Shown here: in pieces, positions 9,958 to 19,809 of the stretch
Layout: every line of letters begins with the position of its first letter
Position numbering within the stretch: position 1 is the first letter of the stretch
Assembly (NCBI GenBank): GCA_023267075.1
Contig: JAHFNY010000002.1
Span: 1 to 46,411, forward strand
Source of the DNA: Candidatus Vogelbacteria bacterium
GTDB lineage: Bacteria > Patescibacteriota > Minisyncoccia > Phycocordibacterales > XYD1-FULL-46-19
Direction: 5' to 3'
Length of the DNA: 46,411 nucleotides
The notes under the pieces: generated by a model
Told to the model about the DNA's origin: nothing
Seen by the model: the letters and a program-made list of their open reading frames with translations, nothing else
Database searches by the model: none
Position numbers and translations under genes: made by a program

Positions 9958-11061
9958 AAAGTAATCTTCCAACTTCCTGATATACACCGGCAAGCTATAA
10001 TTACTCACCGTCACTTTGGCTTCTTGACTAATATTTTCCCTCAACGCTTCATCGTCCAAAAGAAGACTTATTTTATCCGCTAAAGAATCAGGGTCTTTGG
10101 GTTCAGCGAGTAGACCATTTTTACCGTCAATCAATATTTCCGGTATCCCACCCACCGCAGTGGCTACCACCGGCACACCAGCGGCCATCGCTTCAAGCAT
10201 CGCGATTGGTTGCCCCTCCCAGTGCGAGGAAATAACGAAAATATCTAAAACGGGCAAAATTTCTTTAATCTCCCGCGCGGGTCTAATCAAAAACCGTTCA
10301 CTTATTTTAAGATCATTAACTAAAGTCTTAAGTTCCGACTCTAGTTTACCGTAACCAATTAATAGAAAATAAACACCATCCCGCTTAATTTTTTCCAAAA
10401 CTTTTTTAGCCGCTTGAATAAGATCAACCTGGCCCTTCTGCTCAACGAAACGACCAACCGTTCCCACGACCACGCTATTTGCCGGTAGGCCTAAAGTTTG
10501 CTTCATTTTAACCGGATCAAATTGCTTTGGCTCAACTAATTCAATTGGATAAGGTAAAATGGCAAATTTACTTTTAGCAATATTTTCTTGTTTAGCGGTA
10601 AAATCTAAAATCGCTTGAGAATCAACGAAGATTTTAACCGTTTCAAGCGCTAAAATCTTATCGGCCGCAATCTTCCACCACGACTTCTGCCAATAAACAT
10701 TATGCTCAAAAATAAAGATGGGCTTCCGGCCAAGCAAGAGATTAAGCACCCGGATGATAAAATTTGACTCAAATAAATGGCAACAAAACAAATCAAACTT
10801 TTCTTGGCGCAAAAACTTATAAACCCTAAACCAACTTACAATATCCCCTGGCCCCCTAAAGTTAAAAGCCCGATACGGAATACCTTTAAGTTCGGCTAAA
10901 ACCTTAGCGTAATTATTTTCCCCATAAGGAAACAGGGTACAAAGATATGGTTCAAATCTCTCTTTATCAATGTTTTTAACCTGATTAATAACCAGCTTTT
11001 CCGCTCCACCAATATCCAAATTACCAATAGTGAACAAAATTTTAATCTTTTCGACAGTCAT
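9931..11061 (-). CDS. Glycosyltransferase family 4
   Basis: GGAEK near the N-terminus, GRFVEQKG, EGQPIAMLEAMAAGVPVV. Start at MTVEKIK. Confidence 0.9.
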   Translation of the reverse strand: MTVEKIKILFTIGNLDIGGAEKLVINQVKNIDKERFEPYLCTLFPYGENNYAKVLAELKGIPYRAFNFRGPGDIVSWFRVYKFLRQEKFDLFCCHLFESNFIIRVLNLLLGRKPIFIFEHNVYWQKSWWKIAADKILALETVKIFVDSQAILDFTAKQENIAKSKFAILPYPIELVEPKQFDPVKMKQTLGLPANSVVVGTVGRFVEQKGQVDLIQAAKKVLEKIKRDGVYFLLIGYGKLESELKTLVNDLKISERFLIRPAREIKEILPVLDIFVISSHWEGQPIAMLEAMAAGVPVVATAVGGIPEILIDGKNGLLAEPKDPDSLADKISLLLDDEALRENISQEAKVTVSNYSLPVYIRKLEDYFLDFFPANH

Positions 11062-12748
11062 AAATAGTACTTGAGATATATTTATCTTGTTCTCTATAGG
11101 CAACTTGGCAAGAATTAAAATACTGGGCATAGACACTGTTTGGATCAATATGTGGAATATCCACGACTAAATAATGCTCTCGATATTTATTAAGAGTTTT
11201 TAACTTTTCCGTGACATCAAATTTGGGGTCAATATAAAGACGCTTACGATATTTACCGGTTTGGATAACGTTATAGCCGCCATTATCGTTATAGACGGTG
11301 ACCATTTTAATATCCTGATCAGCCTTGATAAAAGCCGTGGCATTTACCACCAACTTAGCCGCATTACCATTAATACCGCCAAACAAATATTCTTCAATAA
11401 AAACTCCGTTATAGACTAAACCCAGAATAAGGATGCCCAACAAAACTGTCGTCTTAAGATTGACCTTAACAAAAGCAATTAAAACTAAAATTAAGACAAA
11501 CAACCACATTAAACCAATAAAAGCGAAAGAAATATAAAATGGTAGCGGGCCGGAACCACCAGTAAAGGGGAAGAGAAAATTCCAATGAAAAGAAACTAGG
11601 AGCTGAAGCCACTCAGTCTTAGGATAAAGGGGCGAGACATTCTGCGGTAAAAATTGAATCAAAAAAATCAAACTTGCGGCCAAGCTAATTATTAAAATTT
11701 TAAACCGATGGATCAATCCCTGATCTAGAACTTTAACCCCAATAGCGCCCCCAATCAGACATAAAGGAATGATTAAGAATTGGAGATAACGATCTAAAGC
11801 CCCAATAGAGAAATCGAATAGCACTAAATAGAAAACTAATCCGGCAAAAATAAATAAGTAAAACGGTCGAAGCTTTCTAAACAATACTTGATTGGTGAAA
11901 ATAACTGGTGCCAATAAAAGCGGGGAAGAATATAAAACCGCTTTACTAAATTGAATAAAAGTCTGGAGCCACCCCCGATTAAGAAATGACGATGAATCAG
12001 CAAAATGTTCCCAATACTTGATCGCGCTTGATACATTAAAGAAAGGAAAAAATAATTTAGATATTAGCAAAACATTAATTAAAACCGCTGCCGCTAAAAT
12101 AATTTTTAACCCATAAGCAAATAAGCGTTGCTTGTTACGGAAAGCTCCTTGCTCTACTGCCCAATCTAAAGCAAAAGCAAGCAGTGGCAAAACAGCACTA
12201 ACTTTGACCAGGAAACCACCTAAAGCCCCCACCAATAACAAGACCAACCACGGCCACTTTTCTTTAATCTCCAACTTCCCTGCCTTGCCGGCAGGCAAGC
12301 AATCTCTAACTTCTCTGATTTTGAAATAACCAATTGAAAGTAAGAGTAAAAAAAACGGCATTACTGCTCCATCAACATCCACCATCAAAGACGCCAAAAC
12401 CGAGAAAAAAGAAACGGTGAACAACAAAATAGTCCCATATGCAGTCCGGTAATCAAAAATAATTTTAGCTAAGTAAAAAAGTAGGAGTAAATTAAGTAAG
12501 CTAAAGATTAAGGGAATTGCCCGAAAATTGTTTTCTCCCACGACTGGGCCAAGTTTACTGTAAACAAATTCAGCCAGGGGCGGATGGGGAATGACGCCAA
12601 CCGACTCTTCTCCACTGCCAAAAAATGATACCCACTTGTATTCATCCTGGTGATATGGCTGATGAAGAGCCGGCAAACGCAAAACTAAAAATAGAACGAC
12701 AATAGCCAAGAAAATCAAAATCCCCTTCTTAGAAAACTTAAATTTCAT
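11042..12748 (-). CDS. GT-C-fold membrane glycosyltransferase (family 39-like)
   Basis: QDEYKW, HPPL and DRYLQF motifs with many transmembrane helices. Carries an in-frame palindromic insert (LPAGKAG). Confidence 0.72.
   Translation of the reverse strand: MKFKFSKKGILIFLAIVVLFLVLRLPALHQPYHQDEYKWVSFFGSGEESVGVIPHPPLAEFVYSKLGPVVGENNFRAIPLIFSLLNLLLLFYLAKIIFDYRTAYGTILLFTVSFFSVLASLMVDVDGAVMPFFLLLLSIGYFKIREVRDCLPAGKAGKLEIKEKWPWLVLLLVGALGGFLVKVSAVLPLLAFALDWAVEQGAFRNKQRLFAYGLKIILAAAVLINVLLISKLFFPFFNVSSAIKYWEHFADSSSFLNRGWLQTFIQFSKAVLYSSPLLLAPVIFTNQVLFRKLRPFYLFIFAGLVFYLVLFDFSIGALDRYLQFLIIPLCLIGGAIGVKVLDQGLIHRFKILIISLAASLIFLIQFLPQNVSPLYPKTEWLQLLVSFHWNFLFPFTGGSGPLPFYISFAFIGLMWLFVLILVLIAFVKVNLKTTVLLGILILGLVYNGVFIEEYLFGGINGNAAKLVVNATAFIKADQDIKMVTVYNDNGGYNVIQTGKYRKRLYIDPKFDVTEKLKTLNKYREHYLVVDIPHIDPNSVYAQYFNSCQVAYREQDKYISSTIYDCRKD
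12279..12299. repeat. 21-nt GC-rich palindromic element (CCTGCC..GCCGGCAGGCAGG family), copy 1
   Basis: cctgccttgccggcaggcaag; near-identical to 24851-24871, 41461-41480 and 43457-43477. Confidence 0.85.
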
Positions 12749-12764
12749 AATGTGGGACAATTTT

Positions 12765-14426
12765 TTATTTCTTTTCGGCAATCAGTAATATCGACACACC
12801 AAAGGGGAACTTGAGATACCTTAACAATTTTCTTTCAAAATTAAAGAGGCTAAAAAATATTTTATCTAACAGGGGCGTATTAAGATCAAAATCGGACTGA
12901 CGCTTCTTAAGCTTAAAGATTCTACTCGCCAACCGGACCAGAGCAATCGGCAAGAAAAGAATGGTATTGAAATAAGATGAAGAAACAATTTTAAACTCGC
13001 CAGAAGTGAGGACCTTGTCCTTGATCCCACCTAAGGTGTAACGCCGATAATGATGGGCCACTTCATCTTGTACCCCCCAGAGAAATTGATACGCGGGCAC
13101 CATGACGATGAACTTGCCCCCTGGCTTAAGCACTCTTGCCACCTCTTTAATCGCCCAAGATTCATCCTCCAAGTGTTCTAAAACATCCATCGACAACACT
13201 ACATCAAATTGCCGATCGGGATAATTTAATTTATGGGAATCCTGAATGGTCAGATTTTTAATCCCCTTCAACTCGCCAAATTTAATCGCCTCTTCAGAGA
13301 TATCAGTTCCCGAGACATCATATCCCCGCTCGCCCAACTCCCCGACGAAAATCCCCGAACCACAACCAAAATCAAGAATCTTTACCTCCTTGGGCGAACG
13401 AGAAAAATACTTGGTCAAATTGTCTACCACCATCATCCGCCTAACCTTCATTAACCAATGATTCTTCTCTACTTCAAAATAATTTTTATAAAAATTTCTA
13501 TTCATGCCAGAAGTGTTTAGGTCCCATAAATTCCAATTGAACTTGGTAATATATTCTTTAAGGCAAACGTGCCAATCCCGAGTAAGGTGTGGAGCAATTC
13601 TCTTAAGCTCGGTGTTGATTAACTTCTCTGACTTGGGCCGCGGGGCAAAATAATTTTCTTTGAAAAAGCTAGAATCGACTTCTCGGATCTTAACTTGGTC
13701 TGTTACGCCAAGACATTCAAGCAAGTACCGCGCCACATCCGCTCGACTACCACCCCCATCGCAAGCCCCATGATATAGACCATAAGCATCATGGTCAAGA
13801 AGATATTTTATTGATTGAGCCAAGTCATAAGTGTGGCAAGGTGTCCCCAATTTATCATTGACTACCATCAACTCTTTCACCCCCGCCCGTAATTGTTTAA
13901 TGATTTTATTAATAAACTTTTTATCTTTCTTAGGCCCACCACCCATCATCCAACCAGCCCGAATAACAATCGACTTGGGTAAAGTCTTAGCCACCAACTC
14001 CCCGCCATATTTACTTTTACCATACACACTCAAAGGATTAGGAGTATCAATTTCTAAATACTCTTCTTTAACGCCATCAAAGATCCCCGCAGTAGAAATA
14101 TAGACTAGAGGAATATTATGTTCCCGGGCATATTGAGCCACATTTTCTACCCCACCGGTATTAGTGGCATAAGCCTCTTTAGGGTGGAGCTCGCAATATT
14201 CCATATCGGTTAAAGCTGCCAAATGGACAATGTAATTAGGCTTGATTTTAGCCAAGTAAGCGGCCACGTTTTTACTAGCCGCTACGTCTAAAAGCTCCAA
14301 CCAGGGAGTATTAAGATCAATATCGCTAGCATGAAGCTCGCAAATATCTTTAAAAACGTCATATACCGCCTCACCCAGCATGCCGCCGCAACCGGTTATG
14401 ACTACTCTGTCGCTTTTATGAATCAT
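12765..14426 (-). CDS. Fusion of an RmlD-like NDP-sugar reductase and a class I methyltransferase
   Basis: N-half: TGCGGMLG, HLAALTD, YISTAGIFDG, YGKSK, PRPK. C-half: LDFGCGSG, DVLEHL, VPAYQFLWGVQDEVAHHYRRY. One uninterrupted 553-aa frame. Confidence 0.85.
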   Translation of the reverse strand: MIHKSDRVVITGCGGMLGEAVYDVFKDICELHASDIDLNTPWLELLDVAASKNVAAYLAKIKPNYIVHLAALTDMEYCELHPKEAYATNTGGVENVAQYAREHNIPLVYISTAGIFDGVKEEYLEIDTPNPLSVYGKSKYGGELVAKTLPKSIVIRAGWMMGGGPKKDKKFINKIIKQLRAGVKELMVVNDKLGTPCHTYDLAQSIKYLLDHDAYGLYHGACDGGGSRADVARYLLECLGVTDQVKIREVDSSFFKENYFAPRPKSEKLINTELKRIAPHLTRDWHVCLKEYITKFNWNLWDLNTSGMNRNFYKNYFEVEKNHWLMKVRRMMVVDNLTKYFSRSPKEVKILDFGCGSGIFVGELGERGYDVSGTDISEEAIKFGELKGIKNLTIQDSHKLNYPDRQFDVVLSMDVLEHLEDESWAIKEVARVLKPGGKFIVMVPAYQFLWGVQDEVAHHYRRYTLGGIKDKVLTSGEFKIVSSSYFNTILFLPIALVRLASRIFKLKKRQSDFDLNTPLLDKIFFSLFNFERKLLRYLKFPFGVSILLIAEKK

Positions 14427-14432
14427 AGTAAA

Positions 14433-15149
14433 TTATAGTAAGCCAAGCCTCAGTTTTACCATATCTTTAATCGTATTCCAAATCACTTTAGGCTTGGAGC
14501 CGGAAGCAATACCGGTCTTCCTCTCATAATGAGTCACTGGAAATTGGGCGATTTTATAACCCATTTTCCGCGCTTTTAACATTATCTCGGCATCAATGAA
14601 AGCACCGTAGGGATTACCATTAATGGTCATTTGTTGCAGAACCGAGGCTTTGAAGATTTTAACCGCGCAATTAATATCCCGAAAATGACTAAAAAATAGA
14701 ACATTAATTAAAGTATTGTGGACCAGCGACTGGAATTTACGGAAGGGGGAAACCGCTTTTTGGGTGGCATAGCCAGCAATCACGTCATGGTTCTGTAAAA
14801 GATGGAGATAAGGCCCGGCCTCTCTAACATCGTATTGATTATCGCCATCGGTGTACATCACATAAGCAAATCCCCCGCGCGAGCCATGCTCAAACCCTTC
14901 TTTAAGCGTGGCATTATAACCCTTATTTTTCTCATGGTGAATTACTCGAGTATGGGGAAACTTCTGGGCCAGTTCTTCAGCCACTTTACCCGTCCCGTCT
15001 TTAGCCCCATCATCAATAATTACAATCTCAAATTTATCGGTATTATTGTTTAGAAAGTCAAAAACAACGGGAATCAAATCCGGCAAATTACCGGCGTCAT
15101 TATACGCCGGGCAGAAAAATGAAACGCTAGAGAGCCTAAAATTATTCAT
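14433..15149 (-). CDS. Glycosyltransferase family 2 (DPM1-like)
   Basis: PAYND, DDGAKDGT, TDGDNQYD, DINCAVK. Confidence 0.88.
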   Translation of the reverse strand: MNNFRLSSVSFFCPAYNDAGNLPDLIPVVFDFLNNNTDKFEIVIIDDGAKDGTGKVAEELAQKFPHTRVIHHEKNKGYNATLKEGFEHGSRGGFAYVMYTDGDNQYDVREAGPYLHLLQNHDVIAGYATQKAVSPFRKFQSLVHNTLINVLFFSHFRDINCAVKIFKASVLQQMTINGNPYGAFIDAEIMLKARKMGYKIAQFPVTHYERKTGIASGSKPKVIWNTIKDMVKLRLGLL

Positions 15150-15157
15150 AAATCATT

Positions 15158-16192
15158 TTATAAAATTTCTTGAGCTAATTTATCGACCAGACTATTTAAA
15201 CTGTGTTTTTGGGCGACATAGGTCTCAAGTTCTAGAGAAAGTCTTTTCTTTTCCTCTGCCGCTAAATTGAGAATGAATTCAATTCGTTGAGCAACATCTT
15301 CAACTTTTTCGCTAGTAGCAATCAATCTCTCATCAATCTCCCCCGCTAGAGATTGATTAGTTATAACCAAGAGGCAACCACACGCCGCCGCTTCTAAAAT
15401 CGTTTTATCTAAGCTGCCCGAGGGCGTTAGATTGATAAAAATCTCATGCTGATTATAAATCGCCGGTGCTTCATAATTAGGAATAGCGGGATGGAAAGTG
15501 ACCACATCTTCAATCTTTAATTCAAGCACGCGGGCTTTAAGTTGGTTAAAATAAGCTTGATCTTTAGGCAAAGCCGCACCGTAAAAGTAAGTTTTAGCCA
15601 TTATACCTTTAGCCTTCAAAAGTCCTAAAGCCTCAATCAAAATTTCTGGATGTTTAATGGGCGCAATTCGGCTTAAGAATAAGAGCGAGTTTTTTTCTCT
15701 GATCTCACCGTTTAGAGGCTTAAACTTGTCCGTATTAATCCCCACCGGCATTAATGTAGTCTTTTTATATCGAGCGGTAAAAGAAAAGGGTGAAGTACAA
15801 AAGACTTTATTAGCTAGAAAAACGGCTAACCTAGTCAACCCACTGCCGTTTGGATGATTACGCCACAAACCAATGGTCCGACCCCGCAGGCGCCACCACC
15901 AGCCGCCAAGTAAAACGTATTCCTGATTCATGTGGACAAAGACCGCCTCATATTCTCCTTCTAAACGCCACAATAATTTATAAAATTGAATGATATAAGC
16001 TAGCCGATTAGGCGCCTGTTCCTTACCTAAAGAAAAGACTTTTACATTAGCGGGTAAATCCGCTTGACCCCGCTCTAAACAAATCACCGTTACTTGAGTA
16101 AATTTACTAGCCAGAGCCCTCACCCACTCGTGGAAAAAGCCGAGGACATCATCCTCACGATCAATTTTTTGGGTTAAGACTAATAGTTTCAT
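15158..16192 (-). CDS. Glycosyltransferase family 4
   Basis: SRIAPIKH and SLDKTILEAAACG. Confidence 0.85.
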   Translation of the reverse strand: MKLLVLTQKIDREDDVLGFFHEWVRALASKFTQVTVICLERGQADLPANVKVFSLGKEQAPNRLAYIIQFYKLLWRLEGEYEAVFVHMNQEYVLLGGWWWRLRGRTIGLWRNHPNGSGLTRLAVFLANKVFCTSPFSFTARYKKTTLMPVGINTDKFKPLNGEIREKNSLLFLSRIAPIKHPEILIEALGLLKAKGIMAKTYFYGAALPKDQAYFNQLKARVLELKIEDVVTFHPAIPNYEAPAIYNQHEIFINLTPSGSLDKTILEAAACGCLLVITNQSLAGEIDERLIATSEKVEDVAQRIEFILNLAAEEKKRLSLELETYVAQKHSLNSLVDKLAQEIL

Positions 16193-17664
16193 CGGCCGTT
16201 TTTAAAGATTACTCCTCGATAAATAAAAAAGTTGAAGACGGCAATAATCGCTCCACCAATGACTTGAGCAATCAAGTAATGAATCCCCGCTCCATCAACT
16301 AATAAATACATTAAGACCGTATTGGCTAAAGTATTGAAGATCCCCAACCCACTGTGCATTACCGCTTGAATATGCACTGTCTTAAGCGAGTGGTCGCGGA
16401 AGACCCAAAACTTCTGGAGAATAAAGCTCACCACCAACGCCACCAAGAAAGCCCAGATAGCGGAATAAAGATACCAAATCCCGACCCAATCAGTGAAAAC
16501 GTGGAGAAGGAAGAGGTCTAAAACCGCCGCCGAGCCCCCGGCGATTAAATATTTGAAAAATCTTTTCACTTTGCCGCCGCGATTGAAACTGACATCATCA
16601 TGCCAAGCGTGGCTAATCGCCGCTAAATATTCGGATTTAGACACCATGGGTAAATTAGTCGGGGCCTTTATCTCCCGAGAATTTAATTCTTTAATCATCG
16701 CGGCGGCTAGCGCCGCTGGCTCTGGTTTAACAATTGCCGCCCCCACTTCACTCGCTACCCCCACGTCGGTTGCTACAATCGGCAAACCAGCAAAAGAGGC
16801 CTCTAAAAGAGTTAGGCCATAACCCTCGTAAGCTGAAGTAAGGAGGAAGAGATCAGCGGTCCGATACAAATCAGTTAAATCCGCAATCCAACCGGCAAAA
16901 ATCACTTTAGACTCTACCCCCAATTGCCGCGCCAAGGCTTTAAGTTCTCCCTCTAGGGGTCCAGTGCCCGCAATCACTAAACCAAGGTCAGGATTAGTTT
17001 TAAGCGCTACCGCTAAGGCTTTAATCGCTAAATCAATTTGCTTCTCACGGGTAAGACGAGACGCCACTAAAATAATCTGTTTGAATTGAGAATATTGCTG
17101 ATGGAGATCGATCTTAATTGGTTGAGAAAATTTAGTCGCTTCAGTAAAAATTGGCAGAACGAGCACCGGCTTAGCTAACACGATTTTATTATTAATCAAA
17201 GAATTCTTGATTCGCTCGCTCACTACTCGAGTATGACTCGCTTCTGATAAAAGCAAGCGGCCCAAATTGTGGCGCAAGCGATTAAGCCCCGACTCACGTC
17301 GGAAGGCCGGCGCCAGAAAATCGGTATGAATTTGCAATTCTAGTCCAGTCCTAAACCATTGCGCGAGCAGCCAGCCAGCGAGTCCAGTCTCAAAGGGATC
17401 TTGGCAAGTAATTAAAGTTGGTCGACCGATCTTTTTACCCAACCAAAAAGCTGAAGAAATATAAGTTAAGCGCGATAAATTATTAGTCGGATAAACCGTT
17501 ACCTTAGCACTAACTTTAAATTGCTTAAAATTATTTTTCTTAAGCGAGAAAACAATCACGTCTAGTTGATCTACCAGGTCGCCTAAAGCCACTAAACGCT
17601 CGCGGACGGCGCTCCCCTCTTTAAACACTTCTCGATCGGTTGAAATCATTAAGACTTTAGTCAT
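16189..17664 (-). CDS. Glycosyltransferase family 4 fused to a C-terminal GtrA-like membrane domain
   Basis: SRLTREK and EGYGLTLLEASFAGLPIV, followed by a four-TM GtrA pattern (FFKYLIAGG...SFILQKFWVF...NFFIYRGVIF). Confidence 0.85.
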   Translation of the reverse strand: MTKVLMISTDREVFKEGSAVRERLVALGDLVDQLDVIVFSLKKNNFKQFKVSAKVTVYPTNNLSRLTYISSAFWLGKKIGRPTLITCQDPFETGLAGWLLAQWFRTGLELQIHTDFLAPAFRRESGLNRLRHNLGRLLLSEASHTRVVSERIKNSLINNKIVLAKPVLVLPIFTEATKFSQPIKIDLHQQYSQFKQIILVASRLTREKQIDLAIKALAVALKTNPDLGLVIAGTGPLEGELKALARQLGVESKVIFAGWIADLTDLYRTADLFLLTSAYEGYGLTLLEASFAGLPIVATDVGVASEVGAAIVKPEPAALAAAMIKELNSREIKAPTNLPMVSKSEYLAAISHAWHDDVSFNRGGKVKRFFKYLIAGGSAAVLDLFLLHVFTDWVGIWYLYSAIWAFLVALVVSFILQKFWVFRDHSLKTVHIQAVMHSGLGIFNTLANTVLMYLLVDGAGIHYLIAQVIGGAIIAVFNFFIYRGVIFKNGR

Positions 17665-18677
17665 ACTATCTTGTCGGACAAATTTATAAACTCGTCCCTA
17701 ATCTCATCCCAAGTGTGAGTATAAGTAAACTGCTCCACGCGCGAACGCCATTTGGCATATTCTAGTGGTTGAGTTAGTTCTAAGACTTTATCTTTAATTT
17801 CCTTTTCATTGAGCGGATCGACGAAAATGCCCACTCCGCGCAACTTTTCATATAAACCGGTCTCCCGCGTCAGAATAAACGGCTTACCTAAACGAATCGC
17901 GTCTAAAATTAAATTGGGACTAATATCACCGATGGAGACTAAAATTATCGCATAAGCCTCTTTCATTTTAGTTAAAAATTCCCCGTAAGGCGCTAGTTCT
18001 AGATCAAGTCGTAAGTCACCGTCAATAAACTTGGCCGCCAAGAAAGCTTTAGCTAGAGTATCCAAGTTCTTCCACACCAAGGGTCGCGCAGCACCCAAGA
18101 AAACCTTTCCCACTGGTAAAGTAAAGCTTTCCTTCGGGCCAAAATAATTCTCGATTAACGCCGTCTTCACTTTAGCCAATCGATATGGTTTGGTCCAAAT
18201 TTGCCTCTGCCACTCGGTACTAAAGACCACTATACTCGCCAAGCGGAGGGTTAGTCGGGTGAGGAAGAAGGTAAGTTTTTCCTTCTTCGTCCACTTGCTC
18301 CGACCGGCCAAGTAAAAATTGCGGAGGAGAATCTTTTCCCCTGTCCGCTCCACGTACCACTCCCACAAGAAGTCGCCGCCAGTACGAATAATTATTTTTT
18401 TATTAAAAATCCGCGCGGCAATAGTTGCCGGCAAGCCGACGCTATAAGTATCTAGAGCAATAATTAAATCGGCTTGAATCACCGCCGGAATAATTTTAAA
18501 AAAATAAAAAAGGTGGCGAATCCCGGTCGGCAATTTAAATTCTAACTTATACCGCCGGACTATCACTTCCCAATCCGCATCCCTAAAGCTCTTAGCTAAT
18601 TCTTTAGCATATTGGGCCGGACCACCGACTTGGGGCGGATAAATCCCCGTCGCAATGAATAATTTCTTCTTTTCCAC
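17661..18677 (-). CDS. Glycosyltransferase family 4-like
   Basis: TGIYPPQVGGPA, WKN, DISPNLILDAIRLGKPFI. Confidence 0.8.
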   Translation of the reverse strand: MEKKKLFIATGIYPPQVGGPAQYAKELAKSFRDADWEVIVRRYKLEFKLPTGIRHLFYFFKIIPAVIQADLIIALDTYSVGLPATIAARIFNKKIIIRTGGDFLWEWYVERTGEKILLRNFYLAGRSKWTKKEKLTFFLTRLTLRLASIVVFSTEWQRQIWTKPYRLAKVKTALIENYFGPKESFTLPVGKVFLGAARPLVWKNLDTLAKAFLAAKFIDGDLRLDLELAPYGEFLTKMKEAYAIILVSIGDISPNLILDAIRLGKPFILTRETGLYEKLRGVGIFVDPLNEKEIKDKVLELTQPLEYAKWRSRVEQFTYTHTWDEIRDEFINLSDKIV

Positions 18678-19801
18678 TATATAAGAGAAGCAAAAATTTG
18701 ACTCATTCGCAAGGCGATTTTATCCCAATCGTAATTTTGTTTGATTAGTTCCCGCGCGTTGTTGGCAATTTCCCAAACTTTGGCTTTGTTTTTTTCATCC
18801 GTCACCCAATTAATTTTCTCGGCCAAACTTTCTGCATCATCGACGGGGACAATAAATCCGGTCTCATTATCTTTAAGAAAGTCGGTGATACCACCTACGG
18901 CCGTCGCAATCACCGGCACACCCGCCGCCATCGCTTCTAAAAAGGAATTACCCAAACCTTCCGAGCGACTAGGCCTAGTAAAAACGTCTGCTTGCTGTAA
19001 TTCTTGGGGGATCTGATCATTAGCAATATTACCCAAAAATTTTACTCGTGATTCTAAATTTAGATTTTTCACTAAAGTTTTAAGCTTAACTTCTTCTTCC
19101 CCCGTCCCAGCGATTCTTAAATTAAAATTAGTCGGGAGTTTAGCCAAAGCCTGAATAATTACCCCCACCGCATTTTTTTTAACCAAGCGGGAAGCAGTAA
19201 AAATTATTTTCTCATTTTGAGAATTAAATTTAGTCTGATCACAAAAAAACATTTTTAAGTCCACTCCATTGGGTAAAATTGAAACCGAACCACGATAACC
19301 ATATTTTTTAGCTCGAGTGGCTAAGTAATTACTAATAACGGTTAAGTAAGTAGTCCGCTTTAGTGCCAACCCCCAAGATAAACCAATTAAACCAAACCAA
19401 CGGAAGGTAAGATGACTTTCTGAATCTCCTTCTTGCAAATTAAGAATAATCGGGATCTTATGCCAGAAACGAAATAAATTATGAATATAAGCCACTCCAC
19501 TAGCAAATGTGGCCATCACACACCAAAACAAAGTGTAATGATTATCCTGATCAAGACTAACGGCCTTAAACGCGCCCAAAAATGGGAGAAATAATTTATC
19601 GATCATTGGCACTCCCCAGCCTAACCGATAGACCTTCACCCGCCCCACTTGTTCTTCTGACTTTAATTTGGGATCAAGTTTGGCGGTAATGAGATCAAAA
19701 TCATAATCGATCAGCCGATCAGTCAACTCCTTCACCGCCACTTCCGCCCCGCCAATGAAGGGCAAGTACGCCGTAGAGAAAATAAGCACCCGTTTAGACA
19801 T
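18677..19801 (-). CDS. Glycosyltransferase family 4
   Basis: GGAE, SRLVKKN, EGLGNSFLEAMAAGVPVI. Confidence 0.9.
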   Translation of the reverse strand: MSKRVLIFSTAYLPFIGGAEVAVKELTDRLIDYDFDLITAKLDPKLKSEEQVGRVKVYRLGWGVPMIDKLFLPFLGAFKAVSLDQDNHYTLFWCVMATFASGVAYIHNLFRFWHKIPIILNLQEGDSESHLTFRWFGLIGLSWGLALKRTTYLTVISNYLATRAKKYGYRGSVSILPNGVDLKMFFCDQTKFNSQNEKIIFTASRLVKKNAVGVIIQALAKLPTNFNLRIAGTGEEEVKLKTLVKNLNLESRVKFLGNIANDQIPQELQQADVFTRPSRSEGLGNSFLEAMAAGVPVIATAVGGITDFLKDNETGFIVPVDDAESLAEKINWVTDEKNKAKVWEIANNARELIKQNYDWDKIALRMSQIFASLI

Positions 19802-19809
19802 AAGGCCGA

